A DNA stretch of 13,264 nt from Patescibacteria group bacterium (GCA_041662745.1 JBAZRV010000010.1:1-13264); one strand, 5' to 3'; shown: positions 1 through 7,555, counted from the first letter of the stretch. Numbers and translations: made by a program. The notes: a model not told the origin generated them from the letters alone.

Positions 1-102
1 GTCTACACCATTCTCGCGCCCAAACAGAAAGAATCGGTCTTCCAAGTCATCATGAAGAACTTCGAGGACGTCTTCGGCTGGACCAAACAGCTGAGCAATT
101 AG
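1..102 (+). CDS. 3' end of a CDS truncated by the window edge (tail VYTILAPKQKESVFQVIMKNFEDVFGWTKQLSN*), unknown product
   Basis: Frame +1 is open from base 1 to TAG at 100-102, followed by an inverted repeat at 130-165. Confidence 0.5.
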   Translation, partial: VYTILAPKQKESVFQVIMKNFEDVFGWTKQLSN

Positions 103-129
103 CCCGAAACGGACGGAAACTTATTTGCA

Positions 130-165
130 AATAAAAATAACAGCCACGGGACTGTTATTTTTATT
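130..165 (+). terminator. Terminator-like AT-rich hairpin after the partial CDS
   Basis: AATAAAAATAACAG (130-143) and CTGTTATTTTTATT (152-165) are perfect 14-bp inverted arms with an 8-nt loop, in a T-rich context. Confidence 0.5.
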
Positions 166-171
166 ATTTTG

Positions 172-187
172 CGGAGAGAGGGGGATT
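172..187. repeat. 16-bp duplicate of the 3' end of the tRNA-Ser gene (other copy 391-406)
   Basis: cggagagagggggatt is identical at 172-187 and 391-406. Confidence 0.8.
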
Positions 188-340
188 TACTCGCTCACTC
201 GGCGCCAAAAAGCGCCTCATTCACTTGTCCAAGGTAGCCGCCAAACGCTCTTGATGGTCGCGTTTGTCGTCGCTCAATTATTCGGCTCGGCTTCTGCCTC
301 GCCTCATATCTCGCTCGCTACCTGTTCGAATCCGCCATTT
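172..340. repeat. Copy 1 of a dispersed structured repeat (also at 10003-10163)
   Basis: Shares gctcactcggcgccaaaaagcgcctc[a/g]ttcacttgtcca with copy 2 and a similar right end (cctgttcgaatccgcc vs cctgttcgattctcgcc). Contains hairpins GGCGC-CAAAAA-GCGCC and CAAACGC..GCGTTTG. Confidence 0.7.
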
Positions 341-390
341 TCAAACGGTATTTTTTTATGACGGTAAAAAACCGTCTTAAAAAAATATTT

Positions 391-478
391 TCGGAGAGAG
401 GGGGATTCGAACCCCCGAGGGCTTTGACACCCTACTCGCTTTCCAAGCGAGCGCACTCGACCACTATGCGATCTCTCC
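391..478 (-). tRNA. tRNA-Ser (anticodon GGA)
   Basis: Minus strand GGAGAGA-TCGCATAGTGGTCGAGTGCG-CTCGCTTGGAAAGCGAG-long variable arm-CGGGGGTTCGAATCCCCC-TCTCTCC-G. The acceptor, anticodon and T stems pair, and the long variable arm is typical of tRNA-Ser. Confidence 0.97.
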
Positions 479-485
479 AGATAAA

Positions 486-509
486 AGGATGCTCTTCATG
501 GGGCATCCT
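486..509 (-). terminator. Rho-independent terminator-like hairpin after the 516-806 CDS
   Basis: Minus strand AGGATGC-loop-GCATCCT followed by TTTAT. Confidence 0.65.
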
Positions 510-515
510 GTTTTA

Positions 516-806
516 CTAACGCCGTTTAAGCCACCTCTTGAGTGAAATAAACCACGCTCCGACAGAACTAAATCCTACGGTGAGGGGGTAATCGGGCTGA
601 GCCACATTGCCCTGCTTCCATTGTTGGACCTTACGGCTATGGCAATACGGGCACCTATTAGCAAAAAGACCGAGGGACTTAAAAAAACTGCCGCAACCAT
701 GGCAAGAAAACTGTTTCCTTTTTAAAAATCCCCTGCTCACGCCGATAGACAAAAGCGAACCGGCCAAGACTAATAAGCAAACAAAAATCGTTAGCGCATA
801 AATCAT
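516..806 (-). CDS. Small membrane-anchored zinc-ribbon-like protein (N-terminal TM, CHGC...CPYC)
   Basis: 96-aa ORF with a strong Shine-Dalgarno (ggaggtaattccATG), a hydrophobic N-terminus, and two CxxC knuckles. Confidence 0.75.
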   Translation of the reverse strand: MIYALTIFVCLLVLAGSLLSIGVSRGFLKRKQFSCHGCGSFFKSLGLFANRCPYCHSRKVQQWKQGNVAQPDYPLTVGFSSVGAWFISLKRWLKRR

Positions 807-810
807 GGAA

Positions 811-1005
811 TTACCTCCGTCGCCGCAGACTTTGCGGATGTTTGAATTGGCGTTGTTTCCCCCGCCTGACTATAACATCACCTTTTCTGCGGCAATAAGG
901 ACAGACCGCGCCGAGGCGGACAGCAACCTTGAAACGCATATCGCAAAGCCAGCAATAAGCATCCAGCCTGGAATCGTGACTGTTCTTTTTCGCAACTTTA
1001 CCCAT
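811..1005 (-). CDS. Small basic zinc-ribbon-like protein (CWLC...CPYC)
   Basis: 64-aa ORF with two CxxC knuckles. Its stop lies 4 nt upstream of the next gene's start. Purine-rich aggga precedes the ATG, and a promoter-like sequence lies upstream. Confidence 0.65.
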   Translation of the reverse strand: MGKVAKKNSHDSRLDAYCWLCDMRFKVAVRLGAVCPYCRRKGDVIVRRGKQRQFKHPQSLRRRR

Positions 1006-1066
1006 GATTTTTCTCCCTGTCTCAAAAGACGTTGCGATTTAAAAAAAGTGCAAAAAGCGTAAATGT

Positions 1067-1095
1067 ATTATACAGTAAAAAACTGAAAATGTCCA
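1067..1095 (-). promoter_or_regulatory. Sigma70-like promoter for the two zinc-ribbon genes
   Basis: Minus strand TGGACA (1090-1095), 17-bp spacer, TATAAT (1067-1072). Confidence 0.6.
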
Positions 1096-1102
1096 GCATA
1101 AA

Positions 1103-1139
1103 AAACCGCCCCGGTTAGCGGAGCGGTTTACCCTGATAG
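1103..1139 (-). terminator. Terminator after the thioredoxin-fold CDS
   Basis: Minus strand AAACCGC..GCGGTTT with an inner CCG/CGG and a following T-rich run. It lies directly after the stop at 1142. Confidence 0.7.
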
Positions 1140-1141
1140 AA

Positions 1142-1753
1142 TTATTTTAAGGCATCAATGGCGGCATTAAGCTCGGCGGCTTCTTTGGTTAAATCATTCT
1201 GCGCTTCATAACCGTTGCCGACACGAAAATACTTGCAACCCATGACAAACGTGGGAATTGATCCCTCGGGATTAAATTCCTGATAAACAGCTAAGGCCTC
1301 AGCCGGCACTTCAGTTTCTACGGCCGTGGTTAAAGTATTGTCTCCGGTGTCAACTTCCCAATGGTAGGCCTTGATCTTTCCGGCCTTAACCGCGTCAGCA
1401 ACTACCTTGTCAAAGGTCGGCTTAACCCATTCGCAATGCGGGCACCAAGTGGTAGAGAATAAATAAACCACCGGCTTACCGCCTTCTTTACAAACAACAG
1501 CGTCTTTCTTTTCTAGGAAAGTTGAAATGCCGGCAGCGGTCGGCTTGATTGATTCCGGGGCGCTTCCGACGGGCTGAGTCGTCTGAGCCGTTTGATCAGT
1601 CAAAACATCTGTTTTAGCCGAATTAACGTTTTGTCCTTTAACCATGACTATTGCCATGATAATCATGCCAATAACGGCAATAACGGCAATGCCGGCAAAA
1701 AGCCCTAATAAAAATTGCTGATCTTTTAATAAACCTTTGTTTTCGCCTTCCAT
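1142..1753 (-). CDS. Membrane-anchored thioredoxin-like / thiol-disulfide oxidoreductase domain protein
   Basis: 203 aa with an N-terminal TM segment (LLGLFAGIAVIAVIGMIIMAIVMV), YLFSTTWCPHCEWVKPTFDKV (CPHC active-site motif), and the cis-Pro region SIPTFVMG. Confidence 0.85.
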   Translation of the reverse strand: MEGENKGLLKDQQFLLGLFAGIAVIAVIGMIIMAIVMVKGQNVNSAKTDVLTDQTAQTTQPVGSAPESIKPTAAGISTFLEKKDAVVCKEGGKPVVYLFSTTWCPHCEWVKPTFDKVVADAVKAGKIKAYHWEVDTGDNTLTTAVETEVPAEALAVYQEFNPEGSIPTFVMGCKYFRVGNGYEAQNDLTKEAAELNAAIDALK

Positions 1754-1811
1754 AAAATTAAAAATTATTTTTAGGTAATGATATTATAGCTTTTTATTAA
1801 ACATAAAGCAA

Positions 1812-3272
1812 CTATTTTATCCCTGGTTTCTGTTTATGCCAATCCGTGGCCAATTGGTATTGATGGCCGACGCGCAAAACAGTCTTCTCAGCAAAGCGCT
1901 TGCCTAATAACTGGATGCCCACGGGCAGATTGTCAGCCAGACCGGCGGGGATAGTCAAACCGCAAATGCCGGCCAACGAGGCGGGAATAGTAAAAACGTC
2001 GGCTAAATACATCTTCAGCGGATCATTGATATTCTCCCCCAACTTGAAAGCGGGGGTCGGCGCAACCGGGGTCAAAATAACATCAACCTGCTCAAACGCC
2101 TGATCAAAATCCTCACACACTAAAGTGCGGATTTGCATGGCCTTCTTGTAGTAAGCATCATAATAGCCGGCCGATAAAGCATAGGTGCCGATCATAATGC
2201 GACGCTTGACTTCGGAACCGAAACCCTCGGCGCGAGTGTTAATGTAGATATCCAACAGATCTCCGGATTGCTTGGACAGGCCATAACGAATGCCGTCGTA
2301 GCGCGCCATATTGGAAGATACCTCCGACGGGCAGATAATGTAATAGGCGGCCACGGCCAAATCCGTATGGGGCAAGGAAATATCAATAACTTCAGCGCCC
2401 AACTCCTCCAATTTTTTTGCGGCTTCAAGAACGCGATCGCGTACGCCCACATCCATACCCTCAACAAAATACTCTTTGGGCAACCCGATTTTCAATCCCT
2501 TGATATTCTTTTTGATTTCTTCCGGATAATTATCCACGCTGATATTGGGCGTGGTAGAATCTTTTTCATCGCGTCCGGCCAAGTATTTCATGATCAGCGC
2601 GATATCTTCAACGTTTTTACCAAACGGGCCAATAGTATCCAAAGATGAAGTCATGGCCATCGCGCCATAGCGGGAAACACGGCCGTAAGTCACCTTCAAG
2701 CCGGACACGCCACAAAACGAAGCGGGTTCGCGGATAGAGCCGCCGGTATCCGAGCCGAGCGCATAAAAACACATATCGGCAGAAACAGCCGCAGCCGAAC
2801 CGCCCGATGAACCGCCGGGTACGCGATTCAAATCCCAGGGATTATGGGTCGGAAAAAAACCGGAATTTTCGGTTGATCCGCCCATGGCGAACTCATCCAA
2901 ATTGGTTTTGCCCAAGATCACCGCGCCCTCATCGCGCAACTTTTTGACGGCAGTGGCATCAAACGGCGGAATATAATTCTCTAAAATTTTTGAAGCGGCC
3001 GTACTGCGCAATCCCTTAGTGCAAAATATATCCTTGATAGCTACGGGTATGCCGGCTAAGGGAGAAATACTGTCCTCCGTCTGCAATAATTTATCAGCGG
3101 CCTCGGCCTGCGCCAACGCCTCCTCTTCATTTAAAGTCAAAAAAGCTTTAATTTTTTCGTCTTGGTTTTTGATTCGCTCAAAACAAGCCGCGGTCAATTC
3201 CCGGCTGGTGAATTTCTTTTCTCTCAGGCCGGCAAAGGCTTCAAGCAGTGTTAGTTTATTTAAATCAGGCAT
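1812..3272 (-). CDS. gatA: Aspartyl/glutamyl-tRNA(Asn/Gln) amidotransferase subunit A
   Basis: Amidase signature: PVAIKDIFCTKG, VPGGSSGGSAAAVSA, GSDTGGSIREPASFCGVSGLKVTYGRVSRYG. The start is assigned to MPDLNKLTLLEAF at 3272 rather than the longer ORF start at 3326. Confidence 0.96.
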   Translation of the reverse strand: MPDLNKLTLLEAFAGLREKKFTSRELTAACFERIKNQDEKIKAFLTLNEEEALAQAEAADKLLQTEDSISPLAGIPVAIKDIFCTKGLRSTAASKILENYIPPFDATAVKKLRDEGAVILGKTNLDEFAMGGSTENSGFFPTHNPWDLNRVPGGSSGGSAAAVSADMCFYALGSDTGGSIREPASFCGVSGLKVTYGRVSRYGAMAMTSSLDTIGPFGKNVEDIALIMKYLAGRDEKDSTTPNISVDNYPEEIKKNIKGLKIGLPKEYFVEGMDVGVRDRVLEAAKKLEELGAEVIDISLPHTDLAVAAYYIICPSEVSSNMARYDGIRYGLSKQSGDLLDIYINTRAEGFGSEVKRRIMIGTYALSAGYYDAYYKKAMQIRTLVCEDFDQAFEQVDVILTPVAPTPAFKLGENINDPLKMYLADVFTIPASLAGICGLTIPAGLADNLPVGIQLLGKRFAEKTVLRVGHQYQLATDWHKQKPGIK

Positions 3273-3312
3273 AATATTGGCAAACAAAGCATTAACGTAT
3301 AAAAACGCAAAA

Positions 3313-3606
3313 TTACTTATTCTCAAATACCTTGGGGATCACGATATAGCCATCGCGGCTAACCGGTGCGCAAGCCACCAATTCCTCGCTGATGCCCGAT
3401 TCAATAATGCGGTCTTCGCGACTGATATTGACCAATCCGGTTACCTGAGAAGTCGGCTCCACCGTCGAGGTGTCTACGGCCTGCAAAGCATCAACATATT
3501 CAAGAATTCCGGACAACTGTTCGGCGTATCGGGCCTTTTCTTGGGCCGTCAGATTAAGGCGCGCCAACTTGGCGATATGCTCTACTTGTTCTATGGTTAA
3601 TTTCAT
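3313..3606 (-). CDS. gatC: Aspartyl/glutamyl-tRNA(Asn/Gln) amidotransferase subunit C
   Basis: MKLTIEQVEHIAKLARLNLTAQEKARYAEQLSGILEYVDALQAVDTSTVEPTSQV is the classic GatC pattern. It lies upstream of gatA. The likely start is at 3606 (MKLTIEQ) rather than 3651. Confidence 0.93.
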   Translation of the reverse strand: MKLTIEQVEHIAKLARLNLTAQEKARYAEQLSGILEYVDALQAVDTSTVEPTSQVTGLVNISREDRIIESGISEELVACAPVSRDGYIVIPKVFENK

Positions 3607-3668
3607 AAATTTAGATACAAAAATATTACCACCGAAGCGGAAATAAATCAAGGCTGGAATAAACGCGT

Positions 3669-5900
3669 TTAAGCCTTCCGGCTAACCCGGCCGGCCGGCT
3701 TATCGGCCGCTTTCATTCTGACCGTAAAAGTCGTTCCCCGGCCTTCCTGGCTGTCAAAAGTCACAGAACTGCCGTCATGAGCCTCAATAATGCGTTTAAC
3801 TATGAACAATCCCAAACCGGATCCGTCGGCATACATGTCTACGGCGTTTTTGGCACGGGAAAACTTATCAAACATTTTATCCTTATCCGCCTGCGGTATG
3901 CCGATGCCCGTATCTGCCACCTCCACCGCCAAGTAATCGCCGTCCTGTTTTAGGGATAGGGTTACCGATCCCTTGGCCGTATATTTAATGGCATTATCCA
4001 CCAGATTATACAGCGCCTGTTCCAGAAAATCGGCGCTGGTCATGACCGGAGACAGTTTTTTTGGCGGTAAAACCAGATTAAGTTTCAATCCTTTACTGAC
4101 CGCCAACTCATCAAGATCGCCGTGAATTGATTTCAAAATGTCTTCCAGTTGCATTGGTTTGGCCGTCAAAGGATCAATTTTAAACTCTTCGGTATCCACT
4201 TCGGAAGCGCGTAAAATATCGCCGATAATGACATTAAGCTTTTCCGCTTTATGATAAATATTATCAAAAAACTTTTTCTTTTCCGCCTCCGGCAATTTAT
4301 CCATGGAACCGTCACGGAACATGGAAATCGTGCCCTTAATGACTGAGACCGGCGTTTTAAGCTGATGGCTGGCAATATCCAAGAACTCGGAACGCATTTC
4401 CAATAATTTCTGCAAGTGTTCGGCACGATGCAACAGTTCTTGCGTCTGTTCATCAACTTTTTTCTGTAATACTCTATTAAAATTTTTGGTTTCTTGGTAA
4501 AGCCGGGCATTATCAATGGCGACAGCCGCTTGCAATGAAAGCGTGAAAAGCAAATTAAGATCCTCTTCGGTATAGGGATCGCCGGAACCCTTAGCGCCCA
4601 AAACGATTATACCCATTAATTTCCCCGATTTCAGCAGAGGCAGGCACAAGGAAGCCTCAATATGATGCATTTCCTTTTCCAGGGCCAGCAAGGATTTTTT
4701 TTCCTTATCGGTTTTAGCATCCCGAGCCAAAAGGAATAATTCCTCTCGCACCAACGGTTTGGCTATTTGCTTCAAATATTTGGTAAAAAAACTGTCTTGC
4801 ACCAAAGATATGCCGTTAGTAATATTGAAGCCGGTTACTTTGGCGATTCTATAATTGACTGCGGAGCCGTCATTCTCCGCCAAAAGCACGCCCGCCCTAT
4901 CCAGCCCCATGGTTTTTTTAATGGTGCCAACTATTAGGTTTATTATCTTATCAAGATCATTATAGTAATTAAGTTCGCGAGTCAATCCGGATATGGTCTT
5001 CTGATAATCATAAAGGGAATAGAAAAAATATTTATTGACAAAATCAGAAAACAACCTATGAAAACTGAACATTAGCAAGACAAATAACGGCGCCACCACG
5101 ATACCGGCCAAAATCGTATAATTGCTATATAGGCTGCCCCACAGATAGGGATAAACGATGATGATGACTGAATAGAAAAGATAAACAAAAATAGAATCGG
5201 CGCCGTAGACGACAAACCATCTGGCTATCACTCGCATATCCATTAACCGATATTTTAAAATAGCATAAGAAATAATGATAGTGAAAATCAATCCTGACAA
5301 ATAAGAGAAAGGATAGATGCTGATGCCGTAAGCCGGAAGATAGGCGGTTGGACCGATAGTGAACAAAACCAAAAAGGCGATAAAAAAATACTTGATCTGA
5401 TATTTAAGCAAGGCGGAATCAACTTTCTTGTAGTATCTGTAAACCTCAAAAAACCAAAAGACTACGTAAGAGCTGAAATAAACCAAGAAAAAATGATGGA
5501 ATAATCTGGCTTTGGTGTGGACTCCCCACTTATAATAAAAAGCGTCAGCCACAAAATAATCGGTACGGCTGACGATTAAGAAAAATATTGATAAAAAATA
5601 AGCAAAAAACAACCAAAAATTAGCCTTGCGATTAGTCAGAGCTAAGCAGAAATGATACATGAATGCCGGAATAAACACTACCGATCCATAAATGAAACGA
5701 TCCCAATAAATCGCTGACGTGATATCGTCGCGATTTAAAAACATCATAAAAGTGCCAAACAGCCAGAGAGAGATAACCAGGGCATGCAAAGCAAAAGTGA
5801 AATTCAAGCGGTTCTTGGGATTTCTTAATAATACTAACCCGCCAAGAATAAAAACGAAGATGGCGCTGATTAGCGGATATAATGTCGGCAAGCTCATCAT
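3669..5900 (-). CDS. Membrane sensor histidine kinase (N-terminal 7TM region, GAF-like domain, HisKA, HATPase_c)
   Basis: Many hydrophobic N-terminal segments, then GAF-like LDKIINLIVGTIKKTMGLDRAGVLLAEN, H-box FLDIASHQLKTPVSVIKG, N-box NLVDNAIKYT, G1 DTGIGIP, and G2 GSGLGLFIVKRI. Confidence 0.95.
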   Translation of the reverse strand: MMSLPTLYPLISAIFVFILGGLVLLRNPKNRLNFTFALHALVISLWLFGTFMMFLNRDDITSAIYWDRFIYGSVVFIPAFMYHFCLALTNRKANFWLFFAYFLSIFFLIVSRTDYFVADAFYYKWGVHTKARLFHHFFLVYFSSYVVFWFFEVYRYYKKVDSALLKYQIKYFFIAFLVLFTIGPTAYLPAYGISIYPFSYLSGLIFTIIISYAILKYRLMDMRVIARWFVVYGADSIFVYLFYSVIIIVYPYLWGSLYSNYTILAGIVVAPLFVLLMFSFHRLFSDFVNKYFFYSLYDYQKTISGLTRELNYYNDLDKIINLIVGTIKKTMGLDRAGVLLAENDGSAVNYRIAKVTGFNITNGISLVQDSFFTKYLKQIAKPLVREELFLLARDAKTDKEKKSLLALEKEMHHIEASLCLPLLKSGKLMGIIVLGAKGSGDPYTEEDLNLLFTLSLQAAVAIDNARLYQETKNFNRVLQKKVDEQTQELLHRAEHLQKLLEMRSEFLDIASHQLKTPVSVIKGTISMFRDGSMDKLPEAEKKKFFDNIYHKAEKLNVIIGDILRASEVDTEEFKIDPLTAKPMQLEDILKSIHGDLDELAVSKGLKLNLVLPPKKLSPVMTSADFLEQALYNLVDNAIKYTAKGSVTLSLKQDGDYLAVEVADTGIGIPQADKDKMFDKFSRAKNAVDMYADGSGLGLFIVKRIIEAHDGSSVTFDSQEGRGTTFTVRMKAADKPAGRVSRKA

Positions 5901-5976
5901 TTTTTTGAAAAAATAATATTTACCACTCTAAATATTATAACACATTTATAAACTCTAAACAAAATCAGATGAAAAA

Positions 5977-6002
5977 GAGCCGTCTCCCGAAAGAGACGGC
6001 TC
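5977..6002 (-). terminator. Rho-independent terminator after the 6017-7081 CDS
   Basis: GAGCCGTCTC-CCGAAA-GAGACGGCTC is a perfect 10-bp stem. The minus strand continues TTTTTC. Confidence 0.85.
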
Positions 6003-6016
6003 ATAGAACGTGCTTG

Positions 6017-7081
6017 TCAGTTGACTGGTGGCAAGAAAAAACCAATTTCCTCCGCCGCCCGCCAAGTTTCATCCAGTCTTTGCAAGTCAACCGGACCGAC
6101 TTCATGGAATTGCCACTCCTTGAAGGAGTGGATGAAGGTGCCGGCGTGACAGGCATAAGTGATGCCCGGCTTCAGCCTCATCGTAAAGTGGATATCAACT
6201 TTCTGAGGATCGTAGGCCAACAATCCGCCTTCAAAATGCTTGATATCCGGGCGCGCCCGAAAATCACGCTTTTTGAGAGGATTGGGCACGGCGAAATTCA
6301 GCACCACGGCATCATCCGGAATGTGTTTGTATAAATCTCTGCGGGAAGGAATGGCCTTACCCGTGATCCACAACTGGCATGACGACCCCCAGCTCAAGGA
6401 GTTTGTCCACTCCAATTTATCGGAACAGTCGCCCGCTTCCTTAGCGATGCTTTGAAACCGTTCCAAATCTTGAGTGTACATCAACACCCTGACTCCGCGC
6501 CGAGCCAAATCAATGGCCACGGCTCGACCGATCTTTGAAGTTGATCCGGTCAGGAAAACCGGTCCCTTGATTTGATACTTCTCAATCAGGGCCAGGGCCT
6601 GCCGAATAACCGTTGCCGCGGTCAAGGTATCGCCATGGACTATCCAAGCCCATAAACGGTCGGATAACTCCTTGACGATCCAAGATCCTCCGTCAGTTAT
6701 CCTAATGTCTTTGATCAGAGCACCTAAGCCGATGACCTTGACTCCCTTTCTCTGAAGTTCAAGAACGGCGTCCAGGATTCGTTTCTTGATGCCGTTTCGG
6801 CGCGTCGGCAAAAAAAAGTGCCAACCGAAATTGCGCAACAGAACGGTCCGGCAGTCAATTTCTTCTCCGGCCGGCGTCTTAAACACAAATCTGTCAACCG
6901 TATCAAACGGCTTTTTTCCGACAAGATACTTCACCGACATCACCCAGCACATCGGGTAGAGCCAAAAAAACCAATAACGCCATTCCGGATGCCGGTGGAG
7001 GCAAGAGAATGGCCAAAGCAGCCAGTTCCAGCTTTCCACCCAGTGAGCCAAAAACGCCATTTTCCGTTCATTCGTTTCCAT
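6017..7081 (-). CDS. Rossmann-type oxidoreductase resembling long-chain acyl-ACP reductase / CER1-WAX2 C-terminal domain
   Basis: 354 aa. Motifs: KRILDAVLELQRKGVKVIGLGALIK, VHGDTLTAATVIRQAL, GPVFLTGSTSKIGRAVAIDLARRGVRVLMYT, and C-terminal ITYACHAGTFIHSFKEWQFHEVG...LDETWRAAEEIGFFLP. These follow the layout of cyanobacterial acyl-ACP reductase and plant CER1-like C-termini. SD aggag lies upstream. Confidence 0.7.
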   Translation of the reverse strand: METNERKMAFLAHWVESWNWLLWPFSCLHRHPEWRYWFFWLYPMCWVMSVKYLVGKKPFDTVDRFVFKTPAGEEIDCRTVLLRNFGWHFFLPTRRNGIKKRILDAVLELQRKGVKVIGLGALIKDIRITDGGSWIVKELSDRLWAWIVHGDTLTAATVIRQALALIEKYQIKGPVFLTGSTSKIGRAVAIDLARRGVRVLMYTQDLERFQSIAKEAGDCSDKLEWTNSLSWGSSCQLWITGKAIPSRRDLYKHIPDDAVVLNFAVPNPLKKRDFRARPDIKHFEGGLLAYDPQKVDIHFTMRLKPGITYACHAGTFIHSFKEWQFHEVGPVDLQRLDETWRAAEEIGFFLPPVN

Positions 7082-7096
7082 GGCTTATAACTCCTA

Positions 7097-7120
7097 TGTT
7101 GTAACGTTTGTTGTAACGTT
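7097..7120. repeat. Perfect 2 x 12-bp tandem repeat (TGTTGTAACGTT) in the 5' UTR of the reductase-like gene
   Basis: tgttgtaacgtttgttgtaacgtt. Each unit contains the palindrome AACGTT. Confidence 0.75.
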
Positions 7121-7155
7121 CAAGTGTTAAAACCGGCAACTTACCGATTAGTAAT

Positions 7156-7198
7156 ATAATATCATATTAGCGTTATTTTGTCAATAGAATTATCCACA
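7156..7198 (-). promoter_or_regulatory. Promoter module P1 for the 6017-7081 CDS
   Basis: Minus strand TGTGGATAA (7190-7198), 5 bp, TTGACA (7179-7184), 17 bp, TATTAT (7156-7161). Confidence 0.8.
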
Positions 7199-7207
7199 GG
7201 CTACTAC

Positions 7208-7235
7208 TTGACAAATTTTTTACATATGGTATAAT
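7208..7235 (+). promoter_or_regulatory. Divergent sigma70-like promoter for the small membrane protein
   Basis: TTGACA (7208-7213), 16 bp, TATAAT (7230-7235). Confidence 0.85.
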
Positions 7236-7299
7236 GTAAACATGTTGGAACATTCAATCTAATAGCGTAGCAATACGCAAACCAAGAAGGATGAGAAAA

Positions 7300-7530
7300 A
7301 TGAAAACTTTGCAAGAGATCACGATGCGTTTGCTGGGAGCAGTTGGTGGCGCGGTTTTCGGGTTGGTGGTCCTGGCCTATTTCTTTATTTCCGCCCTGGC
7401 GGACTACCGGAATTGCTGGCTGGGATGGAAAGACACGGCCAAGGGCTTGGCTGGCTGGGCGGTTTTCATTATCGCCGCCATCGGCTACTACCCCGTTATG
7501 GCTGTGGAACACGTAGTCAACGGCGACTAA
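7300..7530 (+). CDS. Small two-TM membrane protein (76 aa), unknown function
   Basis: agaagg SD 9 nt upstream of ATG 7300. TM-like segments LLGAVGGAVFGLVVLAYFFISALA and GLAGWAVFIIAAIGYYPVM. It has its own consensus promoter and a terminator. Confidence 0.75.
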   Translation: MKTLQEITMRLLGAVGGAVFGLVVLAYFFISALADYRNCWLGWKDTAKGLAGWAVFIIAAIGYYPVMAVEHVVNGD

Positions 7531-7555
7531 ACCGTCGGCGGATAAACATGCACCG

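Noticed and set aside
125-361. 78-aa + strand ORF
   Set aside because: It lies inside the AT hairpin and dispersed repeat copy 1 and has an atypical composition. It is explained by the repeat and not supported as a gene.
362-378. GACGGT-AAAA-ACCGTC hairpin as a tRNA-Ser terminator
   Set aside because: There is no U-tract after the stem on either strand, so the terminator role is not supported.
607-1062. + strand ORFs 607-801 and 805-1062
   Set aside because: Antisense to the better supported zinc-ribbon genes, with no recognisable features.
1900-2648. ORFs 1900-2103 (+), 2192-2467 (-) and 2268-2648 (+)
   Set aside because: Alternative frames fully inside gatA. They are shadow ORFs.
3019-3600. 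193-aa + strand ORF
   Set aside because: Antisense across the gatA 5' end and gatC, whose protein motifs are decisive.
4166-4516. 116-aa minus ORF inside the histidine kinase
   Set aside because: Out-of-frame shadow of a clear HisKA/HATPase coding region.
5969-7090. ORFs 5969-6334 (+), 6240-6455 (-), 6724-6924 (-) and 6818-7090 (+)
   Set aside because: All overlap the reductase-like CDS, which has an SD, a promoter, a terminator and family-like motifs.
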